Shown piece by piece: positions 39,946 through 52,998 of a stretch of DNA of 64,000 nt. This DNA is from an uncultured Deinococcaceae bacterium (lineage in GTDB: Bacteria; Deinococcota; Deinococci; Deinococcales; Deinococcaceae): assembly GCA_964252075.1 (NCBI GenBank), contig CAXULY010000001.1, positions 55,539 to 119,538 on the forward strand, given 5' to 3'. Made by a program: the position numbers and the translations under genes. The notes beneath the pieces are model-generated. The model saw only the letters and a list, made by a program, of their open reading frames with translations. It did not search any database and was not told the origin of the DNA. Every line of letters starts with the position of its first letter. The first letter of the stretch is position 1.

Positions 39946-40665
39946 ATGACGCGCACGGGGCGGGGGAGGGCCGGCCGGTACTGGCTGCGGGCGGGCATCG
40001 CCGCCGTGGCGGTGGCCGCGCTCGCCGCGCTGCTCCTCCCGCCCACGCACCGCGCCTTCGCGCTGGAGGCCTTCCACGTCCTGACGGGCGGGAACCGGGA
40101 GGAGACGCACGCCTGGGTCGCGCAGTTCGGCGCGTGGGGTCCGCTCGCCCTGCTCGGCGCCTTCGTGCTGCAGGCCGTCATCCCGGTGCTGCCCGCGCTG
40201 GTGCTGGTCGCCGTCAGCTCGCTCGCGTACGGGCCGCTGGTGGGCGGCTTCATCGTGTACGGCGGCACCCTCCTCGGCGCGGTCGCCGGGTACTTCGTGG
40301 GTCGCTGGGTGGGGAGCGCCGCCCTGCACGCCCTGGTGGGGCGCCGCGCGCGCGCCTCCGCGTACGTCCTCGCGCGCCGCCACGGCCTGCGCGGCGTGGT
40401 CCTCGTGCGCCTCATGCCGGTGCTGTCCTCGGACGTCGTGAACATGGTGGCGGGCGCGCTGCGCCTGCGCTTCTGGCCGTTCATGCTCGCCACGGCGCTC
40501 GGGGCGCTGCCCGTCACGGTGCTGGTGGTGTGGCTCGCCGCGACGCCGCAGCGCCTCACGTGGGGCGTGGTGGCGCTCTCTGCGGCGGTCGCCGTGGTCG
40601 CCGCCGCGCGTTGGCTGTGGCTGCGCTGGACGGCCCGCCAGGGCGCGCGCGCCCTGCCTGAGTAG
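39946..40665 (+). CDS. TVP38/TMEM64 (DedA/VTT) family membrane protein
   Basis: Multiple TM segments, LVRLMPV...VN..AG...FWPF..AT.LG.LP. Confidence 0.87.
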   Translation: MTRTGRGRAGRYWLRAGIAAVAVAALAALLLPPTHRAFALEAFHVLTGGNREETHAWVAQFGAWGPLALLGAFVLQAVIPVLPALVLVAVSSLAYGPLVGGFIVYGGTLLGAVAGYFVGRWVGSAALHALVGRRARASAYVLARRHGLRGVVLVRLMPVLSSDVVNMVAGALRLRFWPFMLATALGALPVTVLVVWLAATPQRLTWGVVALSAAVAVVAAARWLWLRWTARQGARALPE

Positions 40666-40815
40666 GGCGGAACCACCGGCCAGGGTGGGCCGGGCCATCA
40701 CCCGATGCTTGCTCCGGGCGAGTCTCAAGCACACCCGGGTGTTCCCTCGTTCCGCCGTGTGCGCCCGCTGCGTTAGACTGGCGCTCATCGGCCCGTGTGC
40801 GGGCCCGGGAGAGAC

Positions 40816-41850
40816 ATGTCTGAAGTGGAATCGGCCTACAAGCGCGCGGGTGTGGACATCGACGCCGGACACCGCGCCGTTGAACTCATGAAACGGGCGG
40901 TGGCGCGCACCCACACCCCGAACGTGCTGGGCGGGCTGGGCGGCTTCGGCGGCCTGTTCCGAGCGGACTTCACGAACCTGCGGGAGCCCGTGCTGGTGGC
41001 CTCCACGGACGGCGTGGGCACCAAGACCAAGGTCGCGACGCGCGCCAACCGACTGGGCGGGCTGGGCGAGGACATCGTGAACCACTGCGTGAACGACATC
41101 CTGGTGCAGGGCGCGCGCCCGCTGTTCTTCATGGATTACATCGCGATGGGCGCGCTGGTGCCGGAGCAGGTCGCGGAGGTCGTGGAGGGCGCCGCGCGCG
41201 CCTGCGAGCGCCTCGGCGTGGCGCTGCTGGGCGGCGAGACCGCCGAGATGCCCGGCGTGTACCTGGACGGCGAACTGGACCTCGTGGGCACCATCGTGGG
41301 TGTGCTGGACCTCGGCGCGCTCGTGAACGGCAGCCGCATCCGGCCCGGCGACGTGGTGATCGGCCTGCCGTCCACGGGGCTGCACACGAACGGCTTCAGC
41401 CTCGCGCGCGCCGCGCTCGCGAACCTCGACTGGCGCGAGGAGCGCGCGGACCTGGGCCGCAGCATCGAGGACGCGCTGCTCGTCCCGCACCGCGAGTACG
41501 TGCACGCCTTCGAGGCGCTGCGCGCGGCGGGCATCGACGTGCACGGCATGGCGCACATCACCGGCGGTGGCCTGATCGACAACCCGCCGCGCGTGTTCCC
41601 GGAGGGCGTGGGCATGCTCCTGAACGAGGGGAGCTGGCCGGTCCCGCCGCTCTTCGAGCTGATCGTGCGGGAGGGCGGCGTGGCGCGCGAGGAGGCGTAC
41701 CGCGCGCTGAACATGGGCCTGGGCTTCCTGTTCATCGTGCCGCCCGCCGAGGCGGACACGGCCCTGAGGGCGCTCGCGGCGGCCGGTGAGGCGCCGCACG
41801 TGGTGGGCGGCATGGTTGAGGGCGCCGGCGTGGGTTTCGGAGGGCGGTAA
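40816..41850 (+). CDS. purM: Phosphoribosylaminoimidazole (AIR) synthetase
   Basis: YKRAGVDI, GGFGGLF, TDGVGTK, GGETAEMPG, GLHTNG.S, AHITGGG, NMG.G. Confidence 0.97.
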   Translation: MSEVESAYKRAGVDIDAGHRAVELMKRAVARTHTPNVLGGLGGFGGLFRADFTNLREPVLVASTDGVGTKTKVATRANRLGGLGEDIVNHCVNDILVQGARPLFFMDYIAMGALVPEQVAEVVEGAARACERLGVALLGGETAEMPGVYLDGELDLVGTIVGVLDLGALVNGSRIRPGDVVIGLPSTGLHTNGFSLARAALANLDWREERADLGRSIEDALLVPHREYVHAFEALRAAGIDVHGMAHITGGGLIDNPPRVFPEGVGMLLNEGSWPVPPLFELIVREGGVAREEAYRALNMGLGFLFIVPPAEADTALRALAAAGEAPHVVGGMVEGAGVGFGGR

Positions 41851-41853
41851 GCC

Positions 41854-42582
41854 GTGCCGCGCACCGCCCACCGCGCCCCGACCGGCTTCCGCCCGCTGGA
41901 CCGGCACCGCGCCACGGAATTCTGGGTGATCCGCCACGGCGAGAGCACCTGGAACGTGGAGGGCCGCTACCAGGGTCAGACGGACGTGCCGCTCAGCCCG
42001 CTGGGGGTGCTGCAGGCCGCGAGCCTCGCAGAGCGCCTGACGGGCCGTCACTTCCACGCGGTGTACTCCAGCGACCTGCGCCGCGCCTTTCAGACGGCGG
42101 AGGCCGTCGCGGAACGCCTGGACGGCCTGCCCGCCGTGCAGCCGGACCCGCGCCTGCGGGAGATTGACGTGGGGGAGCTGTCCGGGAAGCTGCACCACGA
42201 GATTCAGCGGGACTTCCCGGAGTACCTGGAGGCCCTCCTGCGCGACCCGTGGGCGGTGCGGCGGCCTGGTGGGGAGAGCATGGCGGACCTCGCGGCGCGC
42301 GCGGACGCGACCTTCCAGGACCTGCACCTGCGCCACCCCGGTCAGTGCGTGCTGATCTTCACGCACGGCGGCGTGGTGCGCGCCGCCGTGAGCCTCGCCC
42401 TGGGTGGCGAGCCGCGCGGCTCCTGGGCGCGGCTGTCCGTCACGAACACCAGCATCACGCGGGTGCTGCTGGACGGCGCGCGCGGGCAGCTCCTGACCTT
42501 CAATGACGCCGCGCACCTCGAACTGCTCGCGGAGGCCGCCGCGACGGAATCGGACGACCTGCTGGACGGTCAGCGCCCGTGA
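41854..42582 (+). CDS. Histidine phosphatase family protein
   Basis: RHGES.WN, SSDL.RA.QTA, GGES, THGG. Confidence 0.92.
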   Translation: MPRTAHRAPTGFRPLDRHRATEFWVIRHGESTWNVEGRYQGQTDVPLSPLGVLQAASLAERLTGRHFHAVYSSDLRRAFQTAEAVAERLDGLPAVQPDPRLREIDVGELSGKLHHEIQRDFPEYLEALLRDPWAVRRPGGESMADLAARADATFQDLHLRHPGQCVLIFTHGGVVRAAVSLALGGEPRGSWARLSVTNTSITRVLLDGARGQLLTFNDAAHLELLAEAAATESDDLLDGQRP

Positions 42583-43499
42583 GTGCCGCGCCCGTCGCCC
42601 CGCGCACGCGTGCGCTCGCGCGGCTCATCACGCGCCTGGAATCCGGTGATCCCGCCGCGGCGCGCGAGCTGACGGCCCTGCGCGCCAGTGGCGGGCGCAG
42701 CATCGTGCTGGGCGTCACGGGCAGCCCCGGCAGCGGCAAGAGCACCCTGGGGAGCGCCCTGGTGGCGGCCCTGCGCGCGCGCGGCCTTACGGTGGGCGTG
42801 CTGGCGGTGGACCCCTCCAGCCCCTTCTCGGGCGGCGCGATCCTGGGGGACCGCATCCGCATGCTGCGCCACCACGCGGACCCTGGCGTGTTCGTGCGGT
42901 CCCTCGCGTCGCGCGGCGCGCTCGGTGGGCTGAGCGCGCGCGCCATGGCGGTCCTCGCCGCGATGGAGGCGCACGGCTTCGACTGGCTGCTGCTCGAAAC
43001 GGTCGGCGTGGGCCAGTCGGAGGTGGACATCGCGCGCGTCGCGGACCACACCGCGCTCATCCTCACGCCGGGCGGCGGGGACGGCGTGCAGGCCTTCAAG
43101 GCGGGCATCATGGAGATCGCGGACCTGCTGGTCGTGAACAAGGCGGACCTGCCGGGCGCCGACACCCTCGTGCGGGAACTGCGCGCCGCGCAGGGCCTCG
43201 GGCCCATGACGGAGTCGAGCTGGCTGGCGCCCATCGTGAAGACCGTCGCGGCGCGCGAGGAGGGCCTGGACGCCCTGATCACGGCGGTGGAGGCGCACCG
43301 CGCGTGGTTGGGTGAAGCGGGGCTGCGCGAGCGGCGCGTGGAACGCGCGCGGTTCGAGGTGCGCGCGCTCGTGCAGGCTGGGGTGGCGCGCGCCGTCGCG
43401 CGCCGCGAGGAGGCGCTGCTGCGCGACGTGGCGGAGGGGCGGCGCACCGCGCAGGACGCCGCAGACGCCCTGCTCGCGGCGTTCAGTCACGGGGACTGA
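42579..43499 (+). CDS. meaB: Methylmalonyl-CoA mutase-associated GTPase MeaB/ArgK
   Basis: GSPGSGKST, AVDPSSPFSGGAILGDRIRM, ETVGVGQSE, KAGIMEIAD, NKAD. Confidence 0.93.
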   Translation: MSAAPVAPRTRALARLITRLESGDPAAARELTALRASGGRSIVLGVTGSPGSGKSTLGSALVAALRARGLTVGVLAVDPSSPFSGGAILGDRIRMLRHHADPGVFVRSLASRGALGGLSARAMAVLAAMEAHGFDWLLLETVGVGQSEVDIARVADHTALILTPGGGDGVQAFKAGIMEIADLLVVNKADLPGADTLVRELRAAQGLGPMTESSWLAPIVKTVAAREEGLDALITAVEAHRAWLGEAGLRERRVERARFEVRALVQAGVARAVARREEALLRDVAEGRRTAQDAADALLAAFSHGD

Positions 43500-43571
43500 G
43501 GGGCGCGGGCGCGGCCGCTTCGTGGGCGCCTTCGCCATGCCGCGCCGTGAAGCGTGCTTGAATCGGCAGCG

Positions 43572-44447
43572 ATGCCCACCCCCGAACACCGCCTGACCGT
43601 CATCGCGGACATCCACGGGAACCTGCAGGCGCTGCAGGCGGTTCTGACCGACATCTGGCAGCGCGGGTACGACACCCTCATCGTGAACGGCGACGTGGTG
43701 AACCGCGGACCGGACAGCGTCGCGGCGCTCATGACGCTGCTCCCCACCGACGCGCTCTTCACGCTCGGCAACCACGACGACCTGATGCGCCTGTGGCACG
43801 AGCGCAGCCCGGACCTCCCGGCGGAGTGGTTCGACGACCCCTTCTGGGCGGCCACGGACTGGTCCGTGCGGCAGCTGGAGCGCGCCCGCCTGCTGGACGT
43901 GTTCCGGCAGTGGCCCATGACGCGCCGCCTCGACCTGCCGGGCGCGCCGCCCGTGCTGGTCGCGCACGGCACGCCCGACCACTACCGCGAGAGCCTCGGG
44001 CACCACACCCCCGGTGAGCGCCTGAACGCCCTGCTGAATGAGGGGCAGGCGTCCGTGCTGGTGGGGTCGCACATTCACGTGCCGTTCCTGCACGAGGAAG
44101 GCGGCCGCCTGTGGGTGAACACCGGCGCGGTCGGCACGCCCTTCAACGGCGACCCCCGCGCGCAGTACCTGAACCTGGACCTGATCGCGGGCCGCTGGGT
44201 GCCGGACGTGCGGTTCGTGCCGTACGACCTGCCCGCCGCGCTCGGCGCCTTCGAGACGAGCGGCCTGCTGCGCGAGGGCGGCCTCTCTGCCCACATCTTC
44301 CGGGAGGAGGTGCGCCTCGCGCGCAGCCTGTACACGCCCTTCTGGGACTTCGCGGAGGCGCGCGGCACCGCGAAAACCTGGGCGCTGTGGGAGGCGTTCA
44401 GGCTCGCGCACCCCGAGCGGTTCGGCGTGCTACAGACGGGCGCCTAG
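43572..44447 (+). CDS. Metallophosphoesterase family protein
   Basis: ADIHGN, GDVV..GP, GNHD, HG, SHIH, NTGAVG.P. Confidence 0.9.
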   Translation: MPTPEHRLTVIADIHGNLQALQAVLTDIWQRGYDTLIVNGDVVNRGPDSVAALMTLLPTDALFTLGNHDDLMRLWHERSPDLPAEWFDDPFWAATDWSVRQLERARLLDVFRQWPMTRRLDLPGAPPVLVAHGTPDHYRESLGHHTPGERLNALLNEGQASVLVGSHIHVPFLHEEGGRLWVNTGAVGTPFNGDPRAQYLNLDLIAGRWVPDVRFVPYDLPAALGAFETSGLLREGGLSAHIFREEVRLARSLYTPFWDFAEARGTAKTWALWEAFRLAHPERFGVLQTGA

Positions 44448-45406
44448 CCGCGCGGCCACTCCAGCGCGAACGTGAGCCCCGCCGGGCGCGCCTGGAAGCC
44501 GAGCGCGTCATTGATGGCGAGCATGGGCCGGTTCTTCGCGTTGTTCTCGGTGCGCACCTCGCGCGCCCCGATGTCGCGGGCGTGCGTGAGCGCCGTGAGT
44601 TTGAGGGCCAGGGCGAGGCCCCGGCGGCGGTGCGCGCGCGCGGTGCCCGTGAAGCCCGTCGTGAGGACGCCCGGCATGCTGGTGCGGTACAGCTGCGACA
44701 GCCCGGCGTACGCGCCGTCCTGCACCGCCACGAACCACAGGGTGGGGTCGAAGTGCGGGCTGGCGCGCACGTTCTGCCAGTAGCGCTCCAGGGGCGGGGC
44801 GCTCATCGACTCGCCTTCCGGCATGGGCACGTCGCGGCCCGCGTCGAGGTCGAGGTCGTAGAACTTCTGCTCGCGCTGCGGGTCGCCCTGTAGGTCCGCG
44901 AAGCGCACGATGCGGTACCCCTGCGCCTCCACGTGCGTCAGCGCCGCCGCGCGACCGCTGAGGTCCGCGCCCGCCAGCGTGAGGGCGCTGGGCCGCTCGC
45001 GGGCCACCTCGCGCCAGCCGCGCTCCGCGAGGAACCGCAGGGCGCGCGGGCGGTCCTCGGCGGTGAAGGTCAGGAGGCGGCCCGGCGCGTGCGGCGCGAC
45101 CTCCTCCAGCACCTGCCCGTACAGCGCCCGCCCGACGCCCCGCCCCTGCCACGCCGGGTGCACCAGGACGTTCACGAACAGCCGGTCGGCGCCCACCGTC
45201 CACTCGTTCTGCCCGTAGGTCGCCATGCCGATCAGGTCGCCGCCCTCCTCGGCGGCGAGGCGCCGGAACAGCAGGTCCGGGCGGCGGGCCCCTTCGCGCG
45301 CCTGCAGCACCTCCAGCGAGGTGAGGTTGTCGGGGTTCACGGCGTTGTGCAGGGCCACCACGCCGGGCAGGTCGGCCGGTGTGGCCGCGCGAAAACGGAC
45401 GCTCAT
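44444..45406 (-). CDS. Tandem GNAT acetyltransferase
   Basis: VHPAWQGRGVG and HRRRGLA acetyl-CoA motifs; T.N...N.PML.IN..LGF. Confidence 0.9.
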   Translation of the reverse strand: MSVRFRAATPADLPGVVALHNAVNPDNLTSLEVLQAREGARRPDLLFRRLAAEEGGDLIGMATYGQNEWTVGADRLFVNVLVHPAWQGRGVGRALYGQVLEEVAPHAPGRLLTFTAEDRPRALRFLAERGWREVARERPSALTLAGADLSGRAAALTHVEAQGYRIVRFADLQGDPQREQKFYDLDLDAGRDVPMPEGESMSAPPLERYWQNVRASPHFDPTLWFVAVQDGAYAGLSQLYRTSMPGVLTTGFTGTARAHRRRGLALALKLTALTHARDIGAREVRTENNAKNRPMLAINDALGFQARPAGLTFALEWPRG

Positions 45407-45467
45407 GCCCGAAGCGTAACGGCTGGGCCGGGGGCGCACATCCGCCACCCGGCCCATGCACGTCAGG

Positions 45468-46561
<1,094 letters not shown>

Positions 46562-46565
<4 letters not shown>

Positions 46566-47674
46566 AGCTTCACCTCCCGCAGCTCCGCGGCCTTCGCCTC
46601 GGGCAGCGAATCGTTCGCGAAGACCCCCGCACCCTGCTCGGTCCCCGCGAGGTACTTCAGCTTGCCGGGCGCGCGCAGCGCCGGGTAAATCTCGATGTGC
46701 AGCGGCCACTCCGGGTGCGCCTGCCCGTCCGTCGGGGCCTGGTGCACCGTCATGAGGTACGGCATGCGCACGCCGAACAGCGCGTCCAGCCGCGCGAGCG
46801 TCTCGCGCAGCAGCGCCGCGAAGCCGTCGAGTTCCTCGTCCGAGAGGTCCGCGAGGCGCGCGGTGGGCCGCTGCGGAAGCAGCCACGTCTCGTAGGTGTA
46901 GCGCGCGAAGGGCGGCACGAGCGCCACCGCCGCGTCGTTCTCCGACACCAGCCTCAGGGCGCTCTCGCGCTCCTCGCGCAGAAAGGTCTGCGCCCACGGC
47001 TCTCCTTGATCGTGCAAATGCGCGGCGCTGAGTTCCAGCATGCGCGCCTGGATGGGCGGGATGTGGTCGTAGGCGTAGATCTGACCGTGCGGGTGGTGCA
47101 GCGTCACGCCAACCTCCACCCCGCGGTTCTCGAAGGGCAGCACGTACTGGATGGCGGCCTCGCCGCTGAGCGCCGCCGTGCGGTCCGCCCACACGTCCAG
47201 GAGCAGCCGGACGTGCTCCACCGGCAGCTGAGCGAGGCTCGCGGAGGGGTCCTGCGTGAACACCACGACCTCACACGCGCCCGTGCCGGGGCGGTTCTCG
47301 ATGCCGGGCACGGGATCGGGCGTGGGCGCCTCCAGCGTGAGGCTCGGGAAGCGGTTCTGGAACACCGCAATGTCGTACTGACCGGGCGGCAGTTCGGTGG
47401 GGTGCTCCGGGTCGCGGGTGGGCGCGAGCGGGTTGTAGTCCGGCGGCGGCAGGAACGTGCGGTTCTGGCGGTGCGCGGCGTACACCACCCATTCGCCGCG
47501 CAGCGGGTGCCAGCGCATCTGGGGGCGGGCGATGACCGGCTCAGGGCTGGGGGAGGGCACCTCACCCGCCACCTCGACGGGCCCGCGGCCGTACAGCCAC
47601 AGGCGGCGCCCGTCGGGCTTCAGGTACTCCTGCTTGTGGTAGCGCTGCGCTTCGTTGGAAGTCGTCACCTTCAA
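46562..47674 (-). CDS. galT: Galactose-1-phosphate uridylyltransferase
   Basis: W.PLRGEWV, NRFPSL, FENRG...[11 protein letters not shown] (HPHGQ). Confidence 0.95.
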
Positions 47675-47727
47675 ATCTTACGAAAATTGCGTGTGGGTGT
47701 CATGGAGGACGCCCACAACCCGGGCCC

Positions 47728-49680
<1,953 letters not shown>

Positions 49681-49730
49681 TTCGCTGTTCTAGCGCATCA
49701 CGGTGAGGGCGCGCCAACGCCGCGCGGCCG

Positions 49731-50492
49731 TCACACCGCGCGCACCTGCAGCCCCGCGGCGCGCAGCGGCTCCAGCACGTCCTCGCCCGCGCGGGCGTCG
49801 GTGATGAGCAGGTCCACGGCGCCCAGTGGCGCAACCGTCGCGGCGGCCACCTGACCGAGTTTGCTGCGGTCCGCGACCACCACCGTGCAGCGCGAGATCT
49901 CCACCATGCGCGCCTTGATTTCCGCCTCCTCGACGTTGGCGTTCGTGACGCCCGCCTCCACCTCGATGCCGTTGCAGCCCAGGAACAGGCGGTCCGGCCG
50001 GAAGCGCGCCAGCAGGTCCAGGCCGTAGGGGCTCACGAGGGAGTGCTGCAGGCGCCGCAGCGTGCCGCCCGTCACGACGATGCGCAGGTTCGGGAGGCGT
50101 TCGAGTTCCAGCGCGACGTTCAGGCCGCTCGTGACGACCGTCACGCCCGACACGGTGGGGGAGATGTGCCGCGCCACCTCGCTGGTGGTGCTGCCCACGT
50201 CGATCATGATGGTCTCGCCGTCCTGGATGAGCGCGGCGGCGGCCTGCCCGATGCGGCGCTTGGCCTGCGCGTGCTGCTTGCGGGTCTCCTCGATGGGCAG
50301 CTCGAAGCGGCTGGACAGCGGCCTGGACGCCCCGCCACGGGTGCGGCGCAGCAGGCCCGCGTGCTCCAGCTCACTCAGGTCGCTGCGGATGGTCACCTCG
50401 GAGACGCTCAGGAGTTGCGAAAGTTCCGAGACGCTCACGCCGTCGCGCTGCTCCAGTACCGCCAGGATGTCCCTCTGCCTGCTGCGCACCAT
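49731..50492 (-). CDS. DeoR/GlpR family transcriptional regulator
   Basis: VSEVTIRSDL..LE..G HTH, D.GSTT, ADRSKLG; heads the galactoside operon. Confidence 0.94.
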   Translation of the reverse strand: MVRSRQRDILAVLEQRDGVSVSELSQLLSVSEVTIRSDLSELEHAGLLRRTRGGASRPLSSRFELPIEETRKQHAQAKRRIGQAAAALIQDGETIMIDVGSTTSEVARHISPTVSGVTVVTSGLNVALELERLPNLRIVVTGGTLRRLQHSLVSPYGLDLLARFRPDRLFLGCNGIEVEAGVTNANVEEAEIKARMVEISRCTVVVADRSKLGQVAAATVAPLGAVDLLITDARAGEDVLEPLRAAGLQVRAV

Positions 50493-50499
50493 TGCACCC

Positions 50500-50547
50500 A
50501 CTTTCGGAACTTTCGCAGACTGTAGCAATCCGCAAGCGGGGGGTCAA
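50500..50547 (-). promoter_or_regulatory. sigma70 promoter with overlapping direct-repeat operator for the deoR-gal operon
   Basis: Minus strand TTGACC-17 bp-TACAGT (with TG extension); ACTTTCG x2 at 50500-50506 and 50509-50515 across the expected start site. Confidence 0.7.
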
Positions 50548-50588
50548 GTGAGGGGGGCGGCCCGGCGCACACCGGGCCGCCCCCTCAC
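50548..50588 (-). terminator. Hairpin terminator after Hsp20
   Basis: GTGAGGGGGGCGGCCCGG...CCGGGCCGCCCCCTCAC near-perfect inverted repeat. Confidence 0.7.
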
Positions 50589-50595
50589 GGCGCCG

Positions 50596-50979
50596 TCAGC
50601 CGTGCTCGATGGTCTTGTGGCGCTTCTCGAAGCGGATCGTCAGGACGCCCGCCCGCAGGGTCGCCTGACCGCTGCCCGGCACCACGTCCCGCGGGAAGCG
50701 CAGGCGCCGCTCGAACACCGGCCCCGGACGCCCGCGCTCGATCAGCTCGCCCGTGGGGGCGTCCTCCACCCGGCGGCCCCGCACGGTGAGCGCGTCCCCG
50801 TCTTCGGAGAGGTCAAAGCCGGACGCGTCGGTGCCGGGCGCGTCCAGCACCAGCACCAGCTGTTCGTCCGTCTCCAGCCAGTCCGCCGCGGGTTCCCACA
50901 GCCCGCCCCCAGTCAGCGATTCGACCTCCTCACGCAGCTGCATCAAGGTGTTCAACCGGGCGATCACGGGCTCGTTCAT
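50596..50979 (-). CDS. Hsp20/alpha-crystallin family protein
   Basis: W.P.AD..ET....V..LD.PG, L.VRG.R, F.R...FP..V.....A.L..GVL.I; TACCAT 7 bp upstream. Confidence 0.88.
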   Translation of the reverse strand: MNEPVIARLNTLMQLREEVESLTGGGLWEPAADWLETDEQLVLVLDAPGTDASGFDLSEDGDALTVRGRRVEDAPTGELIERGRPGPVFERRLRFPRDVVPGSGQATLRAGVLTIRFEKRHKTIEHG

Positions 50980-51056
50980 GCCGTTCATGGTAGCAGCAGG
51001 GGCTAACATGACGCGTGTGATTCGGGTTGCCTTTGCCCGACCGCCTCCCCCCGCGC

Positions 51057-51956
51057 ATGACGCCCATCCCCATCCTCACGGCCCCCACCGCCTCCGGCAA
51101 GACCGACCTTGCGCTCGCGCTGGGCGCGCGGTTCCCGCTGGAGGTCATCTCCGCGGACGCCTTCTACGTGTACCGCGGCCTGGACATCGGGACCGCCAAA
51201 CCCAACCCTGCCGAGCGCGCGCGCGTACCGCACCACCTTATCGACCTGCGCTGGCCATGGGAGACCTACGACGTCGCGCGGTTCGTGCAGGACGCCGAGT
51301 CGGCCATCGCGGACGTGCGCGCCCGTGGCCGCACGCCGCTCGTGGTGGGCGGCACGGGCTTCTACCTGTCCGCGCTGGTGCACGGCCTGCCCCTCACGCC
51401 GCCCGCCGACCCGCACCTGCGCGCGGAGGTCGAGGCGGAGCTGCACGAGCGCGGCCTGGATGCCCTGCTCGCCGACATCGCCTCAATCAGTCCGCAGGAG
51501 GCCGCCCGCATGGAGCGCAACCCCAGACGCATCGTGCGCGCGCTGGAGGTGCACCGCCAGACCGGACGCTTCCCCGGCGACTTCGGGCGAAGCGCCCCCG
51601 CCCACACGTACCGCGTGTACGCCTTCCAGCGCCCGCAGGACGAACTTCAGGCGCGCGTGGAGGCCCGCACCACGCACATGCTCGCGGGCGGCCTCCTGCG
51701 CGAAACCGCGTGGCTCGCGGAGCGCGTGCCGCTCACGGAGCCACGCCCGACCGCGTGGCAGGCCATCGGGTACCGCGAGGCGCTCGACCTCATCGAGGGG
51801 CGCGCGACGCTGGAGGCGACGCACCACCGCATCGTGACCGCGACGCTCGCCTACGCGAAACGCCAGCGCACCTGGATCCGCACGCAGCTGCGCGCGCCCA
51901 TGGGCGCCGCCCCCGACGCGGAGGCGGCGCTCATGCAGGCCCTCAATTCGTCCTGA
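51057..51956 (+). CDS. miaA: tRNA dimethylallyltransferase
   Basis: PTASGKT, ISADA..VYRGLDIGTAKP, PHHLID, VGGTGFY, AIGY.E, YAKRQ.TW. Confidence 0.96.
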   Translation: MTPIPILTAPTASGKTDLALALGARFPLEVISADAFYVYRGLDIGTAKPNPAERARVPHHLIDLRWPWETYDVARFVQDAESAIADVRARGRTPLVVGGTGFYLSALVHGLPLTPPADPHLRAEVEAELHERGLDALLADIASISPQEAARMERNPRRIVRALEVHRQTGRFPGDFGRSAPAHTYRVYAFQRPQDELQARVEARTTHMLAGGLLRETAWLAERVPLTEPRPTAWQAIGYREALDLIEGRATLEATHHRIVTATLAYAKRQRTWIRTQLRAPMGAAPDAEAALMQALNSS

Positions 51957-51968
51957 CCGCGCGGGGCG

Positions 51969-52997
51969 TCAGCCGCGCCACGCGGCGTGCACGGCGTTCG
52001 CGAAGCGCCGCCGCAGCACGATCACCTCGTCGCCGGTCGGCGCGTGCCGGGTGGGGTGCACGCGGTTGCTGAGCAGCACGATGGCGTACCCGCGCTGGGG
52101 CTCCACCCACACGCTGGTGCCCGTGAAGCCCGTGTGCCCGTACGCCTGCCCGCTCGCGAGGTCCCCGCCGCTGCACCCCACGTGCGCGAGCACCCACCCG
52201 AGCCCGCGCGGGTTGCCCGCCTCGTCCGTGGACCAGGGCCGCGTCATGACGTCGCGGGTGGCGGGCGACACCGCGTCCGTCAGCCACGCCTGCGCGGCGC
52301 GCGCCACGTCCAACAGCCGCCCGAACGCGCCCGCGTGCCCCGACACGCCGCCCAGCGCGGAGGCGTTCTCGTCGTGCACCTCACCCACCAGCAGGCGGTC
52401 CCGCCACGGGCAGCGCTCGGTCGCGGCCACCGGGCCGTGTGGGTGGTACGTCACCCACCCGCGCCGCTCCGCGAGGGTGTCCAGCCGCTCCCCCGTGAGG
52501 CGCTCCACCAGTGCGCCCAGCGTGATGAACCCCAGGTCGCTGTACACGGCAGGGCCGCCCGGCGTGCGCTCCAGCCGCGACTGCAGCACCCGCGCGATGA
52601 GCGTCTCGCGCGGCGCGGGGTGCGTGTACAGGGGCGCCCACGCGGGCAGCCCACTCACGTGCGCGAGCAGCTGCCACACCCGCACGTCCCCCAGGCCCGG
52701 CGCTTCCGTCATCCAGCCGACGTCCGGCAGGTGCAGGCGCAGCGGGTCGTACAGGCTCACCGCGCCCGCCTCCACCAGCGCCAGCACCTCCGGCAGCGTC
52801 ACCAGCACCTTCGTAAGGCTGGCGAGGTCGAACGCGGTGTCGGGCGTGGCGGCCTCGCCCGTGACGAGGTTCGCCGTGCCGTACACGCCGTCGCGCAGCA
52901 CGCCGTTCGGCGTCACGACCGCTGCCGCCACCGCGGGCAGGCCCGTGCGTTCCAGCAGCGCGAAGGCGCGCGTCAGTTGACGTTCGCTCCACGTCAC
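51969..52997 (-). CDS. Serine hydrolase, beta-lactamase-like family
   Basis: FDLASLTK (SxxK), YSD, VHDENA..LGGVSGHAG.F, GHTGFTG, LSNRVHP. Confidence 0.9.
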   Translation of the reverse strand: MTWSERQLTRAFALLERTGLPAVAAAVVTPNGVLRDGVYGTANLVTGEAATPDTAFDLASLTKVLVTLPEVLALVEAGAVSLYDPLRLHLPDVGWMTEAPGLGDVRVWQLLAHVSGLPAWAPLYTHPAPRETLIARVLQSRLERTPGGPAVYSDLGFITLGALVERLTGERLDTLAERRGWVTYHPHGPVAATERCPWRDRLLVGEVHDENASALGGVSGHAGAFGRLLDVARAAQAWLTDAVSPATRDVMTRPWSTDEAGNPRGLGWVLAHVGCSGGDLASGQAYGHTGFTGTSVWVEPQRGYAIVLLSNRVHPTRHAPTGDEVIVLRRRFANAVHAAWRG

Positions 52998-52998
52998 G

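Noticed and set aside
47678..47694. TTACGAAAATTGCGTGT as a radiation-desiccation response motif
   Set aside because: Only partial palindromy, several mismatches to the motif as I recall it, and located inside a sugar catabolic operon.
51969..52997. Antibiotic-resistance beta-lactamase
   Set aside because: No signal peptide; motifs and operon context fit a cytoplasmic esterase/amidase of the same fold.
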